Below are positions 1-15,000 of a stretch of 64,000 nt of DNA, in pieces. The stretch comes from Eledone cirrhosa (Eukaryota), in the NCBI GenBank assembly GCA_964016885.1, contig OZ024740.1:10230001-10294000 (forward strand), given 5' to 3'. The notes beneath the pieces are model-generated. The model had not been told where the DNA came from and searched no databases. It saw only the letters and a program-made list of their open reading frames with translations. A program made the position numbers and the translations under genes. How positions within the stretch are numbered: the first letter of the stretch is position 1; every line of letters begins with the position of its first letter.

Positions 1-3000
1 AGTATAAAGTGTATATAGGGTTATAGTATAGAGTGTATATAGGGTTATAGTATAGAGTGTATATAGGGTTATAGTATAGAGTGTATATAGGTGTTATAGT
101 ATAGAGTATATATAGGTGTTATAGTATAGAGTGTATATAGGTGTTATAGTATAAAGTGTATATAGGATTATAGTATAGAGTGTATATAGGGTTATAGTAT
201 AGAGTGTATATAGGGTTATGGTATAGAGTGTATATAGGGTTATAGTATAAAGTGTATATAGGGTTATAGTATAGCGTGTATATAGGTGTTATAGTATAGA
301 GTGTATATAGAGTTATAGTATAAAGTGTATATAGGGTTATAGTATAGAGTGTATATAGGTGTTATAATATAGAGTGTATATAGGGTTATAGTATAGAGTG
401 TGTATAGGTGTTATAGTATAGAGTGTATATAGGTGTTATAGTATAGAGTGTATATAGGTGTTATAGTATAGAGTGTATATAGGGTTATAGTATAGAGTGT
501 ATATAGGTGTTATAGTATAGAGTGTATATAGGGTTATAGTATAGAGTGTATATTGGGTTATAGTATAGAGTGTATATAGGTGTTATAGTATAGAGTGTAT
601 ATAGGTGTTATAGTATAGAGTGTATATAGGGTTATAGTATAGAGTGTATATAGGGTTATAGTATAGAGTGTATATAGGTGTTATAGTATAGAGTGTATAT
701 AGGTGTTATAGTATAAACTGTATATAAGGTTATAGTATAAAGTGTATATAGGGTTATAGTATAAAGTGTATATAGGGTTATAGTATAGAGTGTATATAGG
801 TGTTATAGTATAGAGTGTATATAGGTGTTATAGTATAGAGTGTATATAGGGTTATAGTATAGAGTGTATATAGGTGTTATAGTATAGAGTGTATATAGGT
901 TTATAGTATAGAGTGTATATAGGGTTATAGTATAAAGTGTATATAGGGTTATAGTATAGAGTGTTTATAGGGTTATAGTATAGAGTGTATATAGGGTTAT
1001 AGTATAGAGTGTATATAGGTGTTATAGTATAGAGTATATATAGGTGTTATAGTATAGAGTGTATATAGGTGTTATAGTATAAAGTGTATATAGGATTATA
1101 GTATAGAGTGTATATAGGGTTATAGTATAGAGTGTATATAGGGTTATAGTATAGAGTGTATATAGGGTTATAGTATAAAGTGTATATAGGGTTATAGTAT
1201 AGAGTGTATATAGGTGTTATAGTATAGAGTGTATATATGGTTATAGTATAAAGTGTATATAGGGCTATAGTATAGAGTGTATATAGGGTTATAGTATAAA
1301 GTGTATATAGTGTTATAGTATAGAGTGTATATAGGTGTTATAATATAGAGTGTATATAGGGTTATAGTATAGAGTGTGTATAGGTGTTATAGTATAGAGT
1401 GTATATAGGTGTTATAGTATAGAGTGTATATAGGTGTTATAGTATAGAGTGTATATAGGTGTTATAGTATAGAGTGTATATATGTGTTATAGTATAGAGT
1501 GTATATAGGTGTTATAATATAGAGTGTATATAGGTGTTATAGTATAGAGTGTATATAGGTGTTATAGTATAGAGTGTATATAGGTGTTATAGTATAGAGT
1601 GTATATAGGTGTTATAGTATAGAGTGTATATAGGTGTTATATTATAGAGTGTGTATAGGTGTTATAGTATAGAGTGTATATAGGTGTTATAGTATAGAGT
1701 GTAAATAGGTGTTATAGTATAGAGTGTATATAGGTGTTATAGTATAGAGTGTATGTAGGTGTTATAGTATAGAGTGTTATAGTATAGAGTGTATATAGGT
1801 GTTATAGTATAGAGTGTATATAGGTGTTATAGTATAGAGTGTATATAGGTGTTATAGTATAGAGTGTATATAGGTGTTATAGTATAGAGTGTATATAGGT
1901 GTTATAGTATAGAGTGTATATAGGTGTTATAGTATAGAGTGTATATCGGTGTTATAGTATAGAGTGTATATAGGTGTTATAGTATAGAGTGTATATAGGT
2001 GTTATAGTATAGAGTGTATATAGGTGTTATAGTATAGAGTGTATATAGGTGTTATAGTATAGAGTGTATATAGGTGTTATAGTATAGAGTGTATATCGGT
2101 GTTATTGTATAGAGTATATATAGGTGTTATAGTATAGAGTGTATGTAGGTGTTATAGTATAGAGTGTATATAGGTGTTATAGTATAGAGTGTATATAGGG
2201 TTATAGTATAGAGTGTATATAGGTGTTATAGTATAGAGTGTATATCGGTGTTATAGTATAGAGTATATATAGGTGTTATAATATAGAGTATATATAGGGT
2301 TATAGTATAGAGTGTATGTAGGGGGTATAGCATAGAGTATATATAGGTGTTATAGTATAGAGTATATATAGGTGTTATAGTATAGAGTGTATATAGGTGT
2401 TATAGTATGGAGTGTATATAGGGTTATAGTATAGAGTGTATATAGGTGTTATAATATAGAGTGTATATAGGTGTTATAGTATAGAGTATATATAGATGTT
2501 ATAGTATAGAGTGTATATAAGTGTTATAGTATAGAGTGTATATAGGTGTTATAGTATAGAGTGTATATCGGTGTTATAGTATAGAGTGTATATAGGTGTT
2601 ATAGTATAGAGTATATATAGGTGTTATAATATAGTGTATATATAGGTGTTATAGTATAGAGTGTATATAGGGTTATAGTATAGAGTGTATATAGGTGTCA
2701 TAGTATAGAGTGTATATAGGTGTTATAGTATAGAGTGTATATAGGTGTTATAATATAGAGTGTATATAGGTGTTATAGTATAGAGTGTATATAGGGTTAT
2801 AGTATAGAGTGTATATAGGTGTTATAATATAGAGTGTATATAGGGTTATAGTATAGAGTGTGTATAGGTGTTATAGTATAGAGTGTATATAGGTGTTATA
2901 GTATAGAGTGTATATAGGTGTTATAGTATAGAGTGTATATAGGTGTCATAGTATAGAGTGTATATAGGGTTATAGTATAGAGTGTATATAGGTGTTATAG

Positions 3001-6000
3001 TATAGAGTGTATATAGGGTTATAGTATAGAGTGTATATAGGGTTATAGTATAAAGTGTATATAGGGTTATAGTATAGAGTGTATATAGGGTTATAGTATA
3101 GAGTGTATATAGGGTTATAGTATAGAGTGTATATAGGTGTTATAGTATAGAGTATATATAGGTGTTATAGTATAGAGTGTATATAGGTGTTATAGTATAA
3201 AGTGTATATAGGATTATAGTATAGAGTGTATATAGGGTTATAGTATAGAGTGTATATAGGGTTATGGTATAGAGTGTATATAGGGTTATAGTATAAAGTG
3301 TATATAGGGTTATAGTATAGCGTGTATATAGGTGTTATAGTATAGAGTGTATATAGAGTTATAGTATAAAGTGTATATAGGGTTATAGTATAGAGTGTAT
3401 ATAGGTGTTATAATATAGAGTGTATATAGGGTTATAGTATAGAGTGTGTATAGGTGTTATAGTATAGAGTGTATATAGGTGTTATAGTATAGAGTGTATA
3501 TAGGTGTTATAGTATAGAGTGTATATAGGGTTATAGTATAGAGTGTATATAGGTGTTATAGTATAGAGTGTATATAGGGTTATAGTATAGAGTGTATATT
3601 GGGTTATAGTATAGAGTGTATATAGGTGTTATAGTATAGAGTGTATATAGGTGTTATAGTATAGAGTGTATATAGGGTTATAGTATAGAGTGTATATAGG
3701 GTTATAGTATAGAGTGTATATAGGTGTTATAGTATAGAGTGTATATAGGTGTTATAGTATAAACTGTATATAAGGTTATAGTATAAAGTGTATATAGGGT
3801 TATAGTATAAAGTGTATATAGGGTTATAGTATAGAGTGTATATAGGTGTTATAGTATAGAGTGTATATAGGTGTTATAGTATAGAGTGTATATAGGGTTA
3901 TAGTATAGAGTGTATATAGGTGTTATAGTATAGAGTGTATATAGGTTTATAGTATAGAGTGTATATAGGGTTATAGTATAAAGTGTATATAGGGTTATAG
4001 TATAGAGTGTTTATAGGGTTATAGTATAGAGTGTATATAGGGTTATAGTATAGAGTGTATATAGGTGTTATAGTATAGAGTATATATAGGTGTTATAGTA
4101 TAGAGTGTATATAGGTGTTATAGTATAAAGTGTATATAGGATTATAGTATAGAGTGTATATAGGGTTATAGTATAGAGTGTATATAGGTTATAGTATAGA
4201 GTGTATATAGGGTTATAGTATAAAGTGTATATAGGGTTATAGTATAGAGTGTATATAGGTGTTATAGTATAGAGTGTATATATGGTTATAGTATAAAGTG
4301 TATATAGGGCTATAGTATAGAGTGTATATAGGGTTATAGTTAAAGTGTATATAGTGTTATAGTATAGAGTGTATATAGGTGTTATAATATAGAGTGTATA
4401 TAGGGTTATAGTATAGAGTGTGTATAGGTGTTATAGTATAGAGTGTATATAGGTGTTATAGTATAGAGTGTATATAGGTGTTATAGTATAGAGTGTATAT
4501 AGGTGTTATAGTATAGAGTGTATATATGTGTTATAGTATAGAGTGTATATAGGTGTTATAATATAGAGTGTATATAGGTGTTATAGTATAGAGTGTATAT
4601 AGGTGTTATAGTTATAGAGTGTATATAGGTGTTATAGTATAGAGTGTATATAGGTGTTATAGTATAGAGTGTATATAGGTGTTATATTATAGAGTGTGTA
4701 TAGGTGTTATAGTATAGAGTGTATATAGGTGTTATAGTATAGAGTGTAAATAGGTGTTATAGTATAGAGTGTAAATAGGTGTTATAGTATAGAGTGTATA
4801 TAGGTGTTATAGTATAGAGTGTTAGTATAGAGTGTATATAGGTGTTATAGTATAGAGTGTATATAGGTGTTATAGTATAGAGTGTATATAGGTGTTATAG
4901 TATAGAGTGTATATAGGTGTTATAGTATAGAGTGTATATAGGTGTTATAGTATAGAGTGTATATAGGTGTTATAGTATAGAGTGTATATAGGTGTTATAG
5001 TATAGAGTGTATATAGGTGTTATAGTATAGAGTGTATATAGGTGTTATAGTATAGAGTGTATATAGGTGTTATAGTATAGAGTGTATATAGGTGTTATAG
5101 TATAGAGTGTATATAGGTGTTATAGTATAGAGTGTATATCGGTGTTATTGTATAGAGTATATATAGGTGTTATAGTATAGAGTGTATGTAAGGTGTTATA
5201 GTATAGAGTGTATATAGGTGTTATAGTATAGAGTGTATATAGGGTTATAGTATAGAGTGTATATAGGTGTTATAGTATAGAGTGTATATAGGTGTTATAG
5301 TATAGAGTGTATATCGGTGTTATAGTATAGAGTATATATGGTGTTATAATATAGAGTATATATAGGGTTATAGTATAGAGTGTATATAGGTGTTATAGTA
5401 TAGAGTGTATATAGGTGTTATAGTATAGAGTGTATATCGGTGTTATAGTATAGAGTATATATAGGTGTTATAATATAGAGTATATATAGGGTTATAGTAT
5501 AGAGTGTATGTAGGGGGTATAGCATAGAGTATATATAGGTGTTATAGTATAGAGTATATATAGGTGTTATAGTATAGAGTGTATATAGGTGTTATAGTAT
5601 GGAGTGTATATAGGGTTATAGTATAGAGTGTATATAGGTGTTATAATATAGAGTGTATATAGGTGTTATAGTATAGAGTATATATAGATGTTATAGTATA
5701 GAGTGTATATAAGTGTTATAGTATAGAGTGTGATATAGGTGTTATAGTATAGAGTGTATATCGGTGTTATAGTATAGAGTGTATATAGGGTGTTATAGTA
5801 TAGAGTATATATAGGTGTTATAATATAGTGTATATATAGGGTGTTATAGTATAGAGTGTATATAGGGTTATAGTATAGAGTGTATATAGGTGTCATAGTA
5901 TAGAGTGTATAGGTGTTATAGTATAGAGTGTATATAGGTGTTATAATATAGAGTGTATATAGGTGTTATAGTATAGAGTGTATATAGGGTTATAGTATAG

Positions 6001-9000
6001 AGTGTATATAGGTGTTATAATATAGAGTGTATATAGGGTTATAGTATAGAGTGTGTATAGGTGTTATAGTATAGAGTGTATATAGGTGTTATAGTATAGA
6101 GTGTATATAGGTGTTATAGTATAGAGTGTATATAGGTGTCATAGTATAGAGTGTATATAGGGTTATAGTATAGAGTATATATAGGTGTTATAGTATAGAG
6201 TGTATATAGGGTTATAGTATAGAGTGTATATAGGGTGATAGTATAAGTGTATATAGGGTTATAGTATAGAGTGTATATAGGGTTATAGTATAGAGTGTAT
6301 ATAGGGTTATAGTATAGCGTGTATATAGGTGTTATAGTATAGAGTATATATAGGTGTTATAGTATAGAGTGTATATAGGTGTTATAGTATAAAGTGTATA
6401 TAGGATTATAGTATAGAGTGTATATAGGGTTATAGTATAGAGTGTATATAGGGTTATGGTATAGAGTGTATATAGGGTTATAGTATAAAGTGTATATAGG
6501 GTTATAGTATAGCGTGTATATAGGTGTTATAGTATAGAGTGTATATAGAGTTATAGTATAAAGTGTATATAGGGTTAAAGTATAGAGTGTATATAGGTGT
6601 TATAATATAGAGTGTATATAGGGTTTATAGTATAGAGTGTGTATAGGTGTTATAGTATAGAGTGTATATAGGTGTTATAGTATAGAGTGTATATAGGTGT
6701 TATAGTATAGAGTGTATATAGGGTTATAGTATAGAGTGTATATAGGGTTATAGTATAGAGTGTATATAGGTGTTATAGTATAGAGTATATATAGGTGTTA
6801 TAGTATAGAGTGTATATAGGTGTTATAGTATAAAGTGTATATAGGATTATAGTATAGAGTGTATATAGGGTTATAGTATAGAGTGTATATAGGGTTATAG
6901 TATAGAGTGTATATAGGGTTATAGTATAAAGTGTATATAGGGTTATAGTATAGAGTGTATATAGGTGTTATATTATAGAGTGTATATAGGGTTATAGTAT
7001 AAAGTGTATATAGGGTTATAGTATAGAGTGTATATAGGGTTATAGTATAAAGTGTATATAGGGTTATAGTATAGAGTGTATATAGGTGTTATAATATAGA
7101 GTGTATATAGGGTTATAGTATAGAGTGTGTATAGGTGTTATAGTATAGAGTGTATATAGGTGTTATAGTATAGAGTGTATATAGGTGTTATAGTATAGAG
7201 TGTATATAGGTGTTATAGTATAGAGTGTATATAGGTGTTATAGTATAGAGTGTATATAGGTGTTATAATATAGAGTGTATATAGGTGTTATAGTATAGAG
7301 TGTATATAGGTGTTATAGTATAGAGTGTATATAGGTGTTATAGTATAGAGTGTATATAGGTGTTATAGTATAGAGTGTATATAGGTGTTATATTATAGAG
7401 TGTGTATAGGTGTTATAGTATAGAGTGTATATAGGTGTTATAGTATAGAGTGTAAATAGGTGTTATAGTATAGAGTGTATATAGGTGTTATAGTATAGAG
7501 TGTATGTAGGTGTTATAGTATAGAGTGTTATAGTATAGAGTGTATATAGGTGTTATAGTATAGAGTGTATATAGGTGTTATAGTATAGAGTGTATATAGG
7601 TGTTATAGTATAGAGTGTATATAGGTGTTATAGTATAGAGTATATATAGGTGTTATAATATAGAGTATATATAGGGTTATAGTATAGAGTGTATATAGGT
7701 GTTATAGTATAGAGTGTATATAGGTGTTATAGTATAGAGTGTATATCGGTGTTATAGTATAGAGTATATATAGGTGTTATAATATAGAGTATATATAGGG
7801 TTATAGTATAGAGTGTATATAGGTGTTATAGTATAGAGTGTATATAGGGTTATAGTATAGAGTGTATATAGGTGTTATAGTATGGAGTGTATATAGGGTT
7901 ATAGTATAGAGTGTATATAGGTGTTATAATATAGAGTGTATATAGGTGTTATAGTATAGAGTGTATATAGGTGTTATAGTATAGAGTATATATAGGTGTT
8001 ATAATATAGTGTATATATAGGTGTTATAGCATAGAGTGTATATAGGGTTATAGTATAGAGTGTATATAGGTGTCATAGTATAGAGTGTATATAGGTATTA
8101 TAGTATAGAGTGTATATAGGTGTTATAATATAGAGTGTATATAGGTGTTATAGTATAGAGTGTATATAGGGTTATAGTATAGAGTGTATATAGGTGTTAT
8201 AATATAGAGTGTATATAGGGTTATAGTATAGAGTGTGTATAGGTGTTATAGTATAGAGTGTATATAGGTGTTATAGTATAGAGTGTATATAGGTGTTATA
8301 GTATAGAGTGTATATAGGGTTGTAGTATTGAGTGTATATAGGGTTATAGTATAGAGTGTATATAGGTGTTATAGTATAGAGTGTATATAGGGTTATAGTA
8401 TAGAGTGTATATAGGGTTATAGTATAGAGTGTATATAGGTGTTATAATATAGAGTGTATATAGGGTTATAGTATAGAGTGTATATAGGTTATAGTATAGA
8501 GTGTATATAGGTGTTATAGTATAGAGTGTATATAGGTGTTATAGTATAGAGTGTATATAGGGTTATAGTATAGAGTGTATATAGGGTTATAGTATAGAGT
8601 GTATATAGGTGTTATAGTATAGAGTGTATATAGGTGTTATAGTATAAAGTGTATATAGGGTTATAGTATAAAGTGTATATAGGGTTATAGTATAAAGTGT
8701 ATATAGGGTTATAGTATAGAGTGTATATAGGTGTTATAGTATAGAGTGTATATAGGTGTCATAGTATAGAGTGTATATAGGGTTATAGTATAGAGTGTGT
8801 ATAGGTGTTATAGTATAGAGTGTATATAGGTGTTATAGTATAGAGTGTATATAGGTGTTATAGTATAGAGTGTATATAGGGTTATAGTATAGAGTGTATA
8901 TAGGGTTATAGTATAGAGTGTATATAGGTGTTATAGTATAGAGTATATATAGGTGTTATAGTATAGAGTGTATATAGGTGTTATAGTATAAAGTGTATAT

Positions 9001-12000
9001 AGGATTATAGTATAGAGTGTATATAGGGTTATAGTATAGAGTGTATATAGGGTTATAGTATAGAGTGTATATAGGGTTATAGTATAAAGTGTATATAGGG
9101 TTATAGTATAGAGTGTATATAGGTGTTATAGTATAGAGTGTATATAGGGTTATAGTATAAAGTGTATATAGGGTTATAGTATAGAGTGTATATAGGGTTA
9201 TAGTATAAAGTGTATATAGGGTTATAGTATAGAGTGTATATAGGTGTTATAATATAGAGTGTATATAGGGTTATGGTATAGAGTGTGTATAGGTGTTATA
9301 GTATAGAGTGTATATAGGTGTTATAGTATAGAGTGTATATAGGTGTTATAGTATAGAGTGTATATAGGTGTTATAGTATAGAGTGTATGTAGGTGTTATA
9401 GTATAGAGTGTTATAGTATAGAGTGTATATAGGTGTTATAGTATAGAGTGTATATAGGTGTTATAGTATAGAGTGTATATAGGTGTTATAGTATAGAGTG
9501 TATATAGGTGTTATAGTATAGAGTGTATATAGGTGTTATAGTATAGAGTGTATATAGGTGTTATAGTATAGAGTGTATATCGGTGTTATAGTATAGAGTG
9601 TATATAGGTGTTATAGTATAGAGTGTATATAGGTGTTATAGTATAGAGTGTATATAGGTGTTATTGTATAGAGTATATATAGGTGTTATAGTATAGAGTG
9701 TATTAGGTGTTATAGTATAGAGTGTATATAGGTGTTATAGTATAGAGTGTATATAGGGTTATAGTATAGAGTGTATATAGGTGTTATAGTATAGAGTGTA
9801 TATAGGTGTTATAGTATAGAGTGTATATCGGTGTTATAGTATAGAGTATATATAGGTGTTATAATATAGAGTATATATAGGGTTATAGTATAGAGTGTAT
9901 ATAGGTGTTATAGTATAGAGTGTATATAGGTGTTATAGTATAGAGTGTATATCGGTGTTATAGTATAGAGTATATATAGGTGTTATAATATAGAGTATAT
10001 ATAGGGTTATAGTATAGAGTGTATGTAGGGGGTATAGTATAGAGTATATATAGGTGTTATAGTATAGAGTATATATAGGTGTTATAGTATAGAGTGTATA
10101 TAGGTGTTATAGTATGGAGTGTATATAGGGTTATAGTATAGAGTGTATATAGGTGTTATAATATAGAGTGTATATAGGTGTTATAGTATAGAGTATATAT
10201 AGGTGTTATAGTATAGAGTGTATATAAGTGTTATAGTATAGAGTGTATATAGGTGTTATAGTATAGAGTGTATATAGGTGTTATAGTATAGAGTGTATAT
10301 AGGTTTTATAGTATAGAGTATATATAGGTGTTATAATATAGTGTATATATAGGTGTTATAGCATAGAGTGTATATAGGGTTATAGTATAGAGTGTATATA
10401 GGTGTCATAGTATAGAGTGTATATAGGTGTTATAGTATAGAGTGTATATAGGTGTTATAATATAGAGTGTATATAGGTGTTATAGTATAGAGTGTATATA
10501 GGGTTATAGTATAGAGTGTATATAGGTGTTATAATATAGAGTGTATATAGGGTTATAGTATAGAGCGTGTATAGGTGTTATAGTATAGAGTGTATATAGG
10601 TGTTATAGTATAGAGTGTATATAGGTGTTATAGTATAGAGTGTATATAGGGTTATAGTATAGAGTGTATATAGGGTTATAGTATAGAGTGTATATAGGTG
10701 TTATAGTATAGAGTGTATATAGGGTTATAGTATAGAGTGTATATAGGGTTATAGTATAGAGTGTATATAGGTGTTATAATATAGAGTGTATATAGGGTTA
10801 TAGTATAGAGTGTATATAGGTTATAGTATAGAGTGTATATAGGTGTTATAGTATAGAGTGTATATAGGTGTTATAGTATAGAGTGTATATAGGGTTATAG
10901 TATAGAGTGTATATAGGGTTATAATATAGAGTGTATATAGGTGTTATAGTATAGAGTGTATATAGGTGTTATAGTATAAAGTGTATATAGGGTTATAGTA
11001 TAAAGTGTATATAGGGTTATAGTATAAAGTGTATATAGGGTTATAGTATAGAGTGTATATAGGTGTTATAGTATAGAGTGTATATAGGTGTCATAGTATA
11101 GAGTGTATATAGGGTTATAGTATAGAGTGTATATAGGTGTTATAGTATAGAGTGTATATAGGGTTATAGTATAGAGTGTATATAGGTGTTATAGTATAGA
11201 GTGTATATAGGTGTTATAGTATAGAGTGTATATAGGGTTATAGTAGAGAGTGTATATAGGGTTATAGTATAGAGTGTATATAGGTGTTATAGTATAGAGT
11301 GTATATGGGTGTTATAGTATAGAGTGTATATAAGGTTATAGTATAGAGTGTATATTGGGTTATAGTATAGAGTATGTATAGGGTTATAGTATAGAGTGTA
11401 TATAGGTGTTATAGTATAGAGTATATATAGGTGTTATAGTATAGAGTGTATATAGGTGTTATAGTATAAAGTGTATATAGGATTATAGTATAGAGTGTAT
11501 ATAGGGTTATAGTATAGAGTGTATATAGGGTTATAGTATAGAGTGTATATAGGGTTATAGTATAAAGTGTATATAGGGTTATAGTATAGAGTGTATATAG
11601 GTGTTATAGTATAGAGTGTATATAGGGTTATAGTATAAAGTGTATATAGGGTTATAGTATAGAGTGTATATAGGGTTATAGTATAAAGTGTATATAGGGT
11701 TATAGTATAGAGTGTATATAGGTGTTATAATATAGAGTGTATATAGGGTTATAGTATAGAGTGTGTATAGGTGTTATAGTATAGAGTGTATATAGGTGTT
11801 ATAGTATAGAGTGTATATAGGTGTTATAGTATAGAGTGTATATAGGTGTTATAGTATAGAGTGTATATAGGTGTTATAGTATAGAGTGTATATAGGTGTT
11901 ATAATATAGAGTGTATATAGGTGTTATAGTATAGAGTGTATATAGGTGTTATAGTATAGAGTGTATATAGGTGTTATAGTATAGAGTGTATATAGGTGTT

Positions 12001-15000
12001 ATAGTATAGAGTGTATATAGGTGTTATATTATAGAGTGTGTATAGGTGTTATAGTATAGAGTGTATATAGGTGTTATAGTATAGAGTGTAAATAGGTGTT
12101 ATAGTATAGAGTGTATATAGGTGTTATAGTATAGAGTGTATGTAGGTGTTATAGTATAGAGTGTTATAGTATAGAGTGTATATAGGTGTTATAGTATAGA
12201 GTGTATATAGGTGTTATAGTATAGAGTGTATATAGGTGTTATAGTATAGAGTGTATATAGGTGTTATAGTATAGAGTGTATATAGGTGTTATAGTATAGA
12301 GTATATATAGGTGTTATAATATAGAGTATATATAGGGTTATAGTATAGAGTGTATATAGGTGTTATAGTATAGAGTGTATATAGGTGTTATAGTATAGAG
12401 TGTATATCGGTGTTATAGTATAGAGTATATATAGGTGTTATAATATAGAGTATATATAGGGTTATAGTATAGAGTGTATATAGGTGTTATAGTATAGAGT
12501 GTATATAGGGTTATAGTATAGAGTGTATATAGGTGTTATAGTATGGAGTGTATATAGGGTTATAGTATAGAGTGTATATAGGTGTTATAATATAGAGTGT
12601 ATATAGGTGTTATAGTATAGAGTATATATAGGTGTTATAGTATAGAGTGTATATAAGTGTTATAGTATAGAGTGTATATAGGTGTTATAGTATAGAGTGT
12701 ATATAGGTGTTATAGTATAGAGTGTATATAGGTGTTATAGTATAGAGTATATATAGGTGTTATAATATAGTGTATATATAGGTGTTATAGCATAGAGTGT
12801 ATATAGGGTTATAGTATAGAGTGTATATAGGTGTCATAGTATAGAGTGTATATAGGTGTTATAGTATAGAGTGTATATAGGTGTTATAATATAGAGTGTA
12901 TATAGGTGTTATAGTATAGAGTGTATATAGGGTTATAGTATAGAGTGTATATAGGTGTTATAATATAGAGTGTATATAGGGTTATAGTATAGAGTGTGTA
13001 TAGGTGTTATAGTATAGAGTGTATATAGGTGTTATAGTATAGAGTGTATATAGGTGTTATAGTATAGAGTGTATATAGGGTTGTAGTATTGAGTGTATAT
13101 AGGGTTATAGTATAGAGTGTATATAGGTGTTATAGTATAGAGTGTATATAGGGTTATAGTATAGAGTGTATATAGGGTTATAGTATAGAGTGTATATAGG
13201 TGTTATAATATAGAGTGTATATAGGGTTATAGTATAGAGTGTATATAGGTTATAGTATAGAGTGTATATAGGTGTTATAGTATAGAGTGTATATAGGTGT
13301 TATAGTATAGAGTGTATATAGGGTTATAGTATAGAGTGTATATAGGGTTATAATATAGAGTGTATATAGGTGTTATAGTATAGAGTGATATAGGTGTTAT
13401 AGTATAAAGTGTATATAGGGTTATAGTATAAAGTGTATATAGGGTTATAGTATAAAGTGTATATAGGGTTATAGTATAGAGTGTATATAGGTGTTATAGT
13501 ATAGAGTGTATATAGGTGTCATAGTATAGAGTGTATATAGGGTTATAGTATAGAGTGTGTATAGGTGTTATAGTATAGAGTGTATATAGGTGTTATAGTA
13601 TAGAGTGTATATAGGTGTTATAGTATAGAGTGTATATAGGGTTATAGTATAGAGTGTATATAGGGTTATAGTATAGAGTGTATATAGGTGTTATAGTATA
13701 GAGTATATATAGGTGTTATAGTATAGAGTGTATATAGGTGTTATAGTATAAAGTGTATATAGGATTATAGTATAGAGTGTATATAGGGTTATAGTATAGA
13801 GTGTATATAGGGTTATAGTATAGAGTGTATATAGGGTTATAGTATAAAGTGTATATAGGGTTATAGTATAGAGTGTATATAGGTGTTATAGTATAGAGTG
13901 TATATAGGGTTATAGTATAAAGTGTATATAGGGTTATAGTATAGAGTGTATATAGGGTTATAGTATAAAGTGTATATAGGGTTATAGTATAGAGTGTATA
14001 TAGGTGTTATAATATAGAGTGTATATAGGGTTATGGTATAGAGTGTGTATAGGCGTTATAGTATAGAGTGTATATAGGTGTTATAGTATAGAGTGTATAT
14101 AGGTGTTATAGTATAGAGTGTATATAGGTGTTATAGTATAGAGTGTATGTAGGTGTTATAGTATAGAGTGTTATAGTATAGAGTGTATATAGGTGTTATA
14201 GTATAGAGTGTATATAGGTGTTATAGTATAGAGTGTATATAGGTGTTATAGTATAGAGTGTATATAGGTGTTATAGTATAGAGTGTATATAGGTGTTATA
14301 GTATAGAGTGTATATAGGTGTTATAGTATAGAGTGTATATCGGTGTTATAGTATAGAGTGTATATAGGTGTTATAGTATAGAGTGTATATAGGTGTTATA
14401 GTATAGAGTGTATATAGGTGTTATTGTATAGAGTATATATAGGTGTTATAGTATAGAGTGTATGTAGGTGTTATAGTATAGAGTGTATATAGGTGTTATA
14501 GTATAGAGTGTATATAGGGTTATAGTATAGAGTGTATATAGGTGTTATAGTATAGAGTGTATATAGGTGTTATAGTATAGAGTGTATATCGGTGTTATAG
14601 TATAGAGTATATATAGGTGTTATAATATAGAGTATATATAGGGTTATAGTATAGAGTGTATATAGGTGTTATAGTATAGAGTGTATATAGGTGTTATAGT
14701 ATAGAGTGTATATCGGTGTTATAGTATAGAGTATATATAGGTGTTATAATATAGAGTATATATAGGGTTATAGTATAGAGTGTATGTAGGGGGTATAGTA
14801 TAGAGTATATATAGGTGTTATAGTATAGAGTATATATAGGTGTTATAGTATAGAGTGTATATAGGTGTTATAGTATGGAGTGTATATAGGGTTATAGTAT
14901 AGAGTGTATATAGGTGTTATAATATAGAGTGTATATAGGTGTTATAGTATAGAGTATATATAGGTGTTATAGTATAGAGTGTATATAAGTGTTATAGTAT

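Noticed and set aside
5666-5896. 76-aa ORF
   Set aside because: Translation of satellite in an indel-rich stretch.
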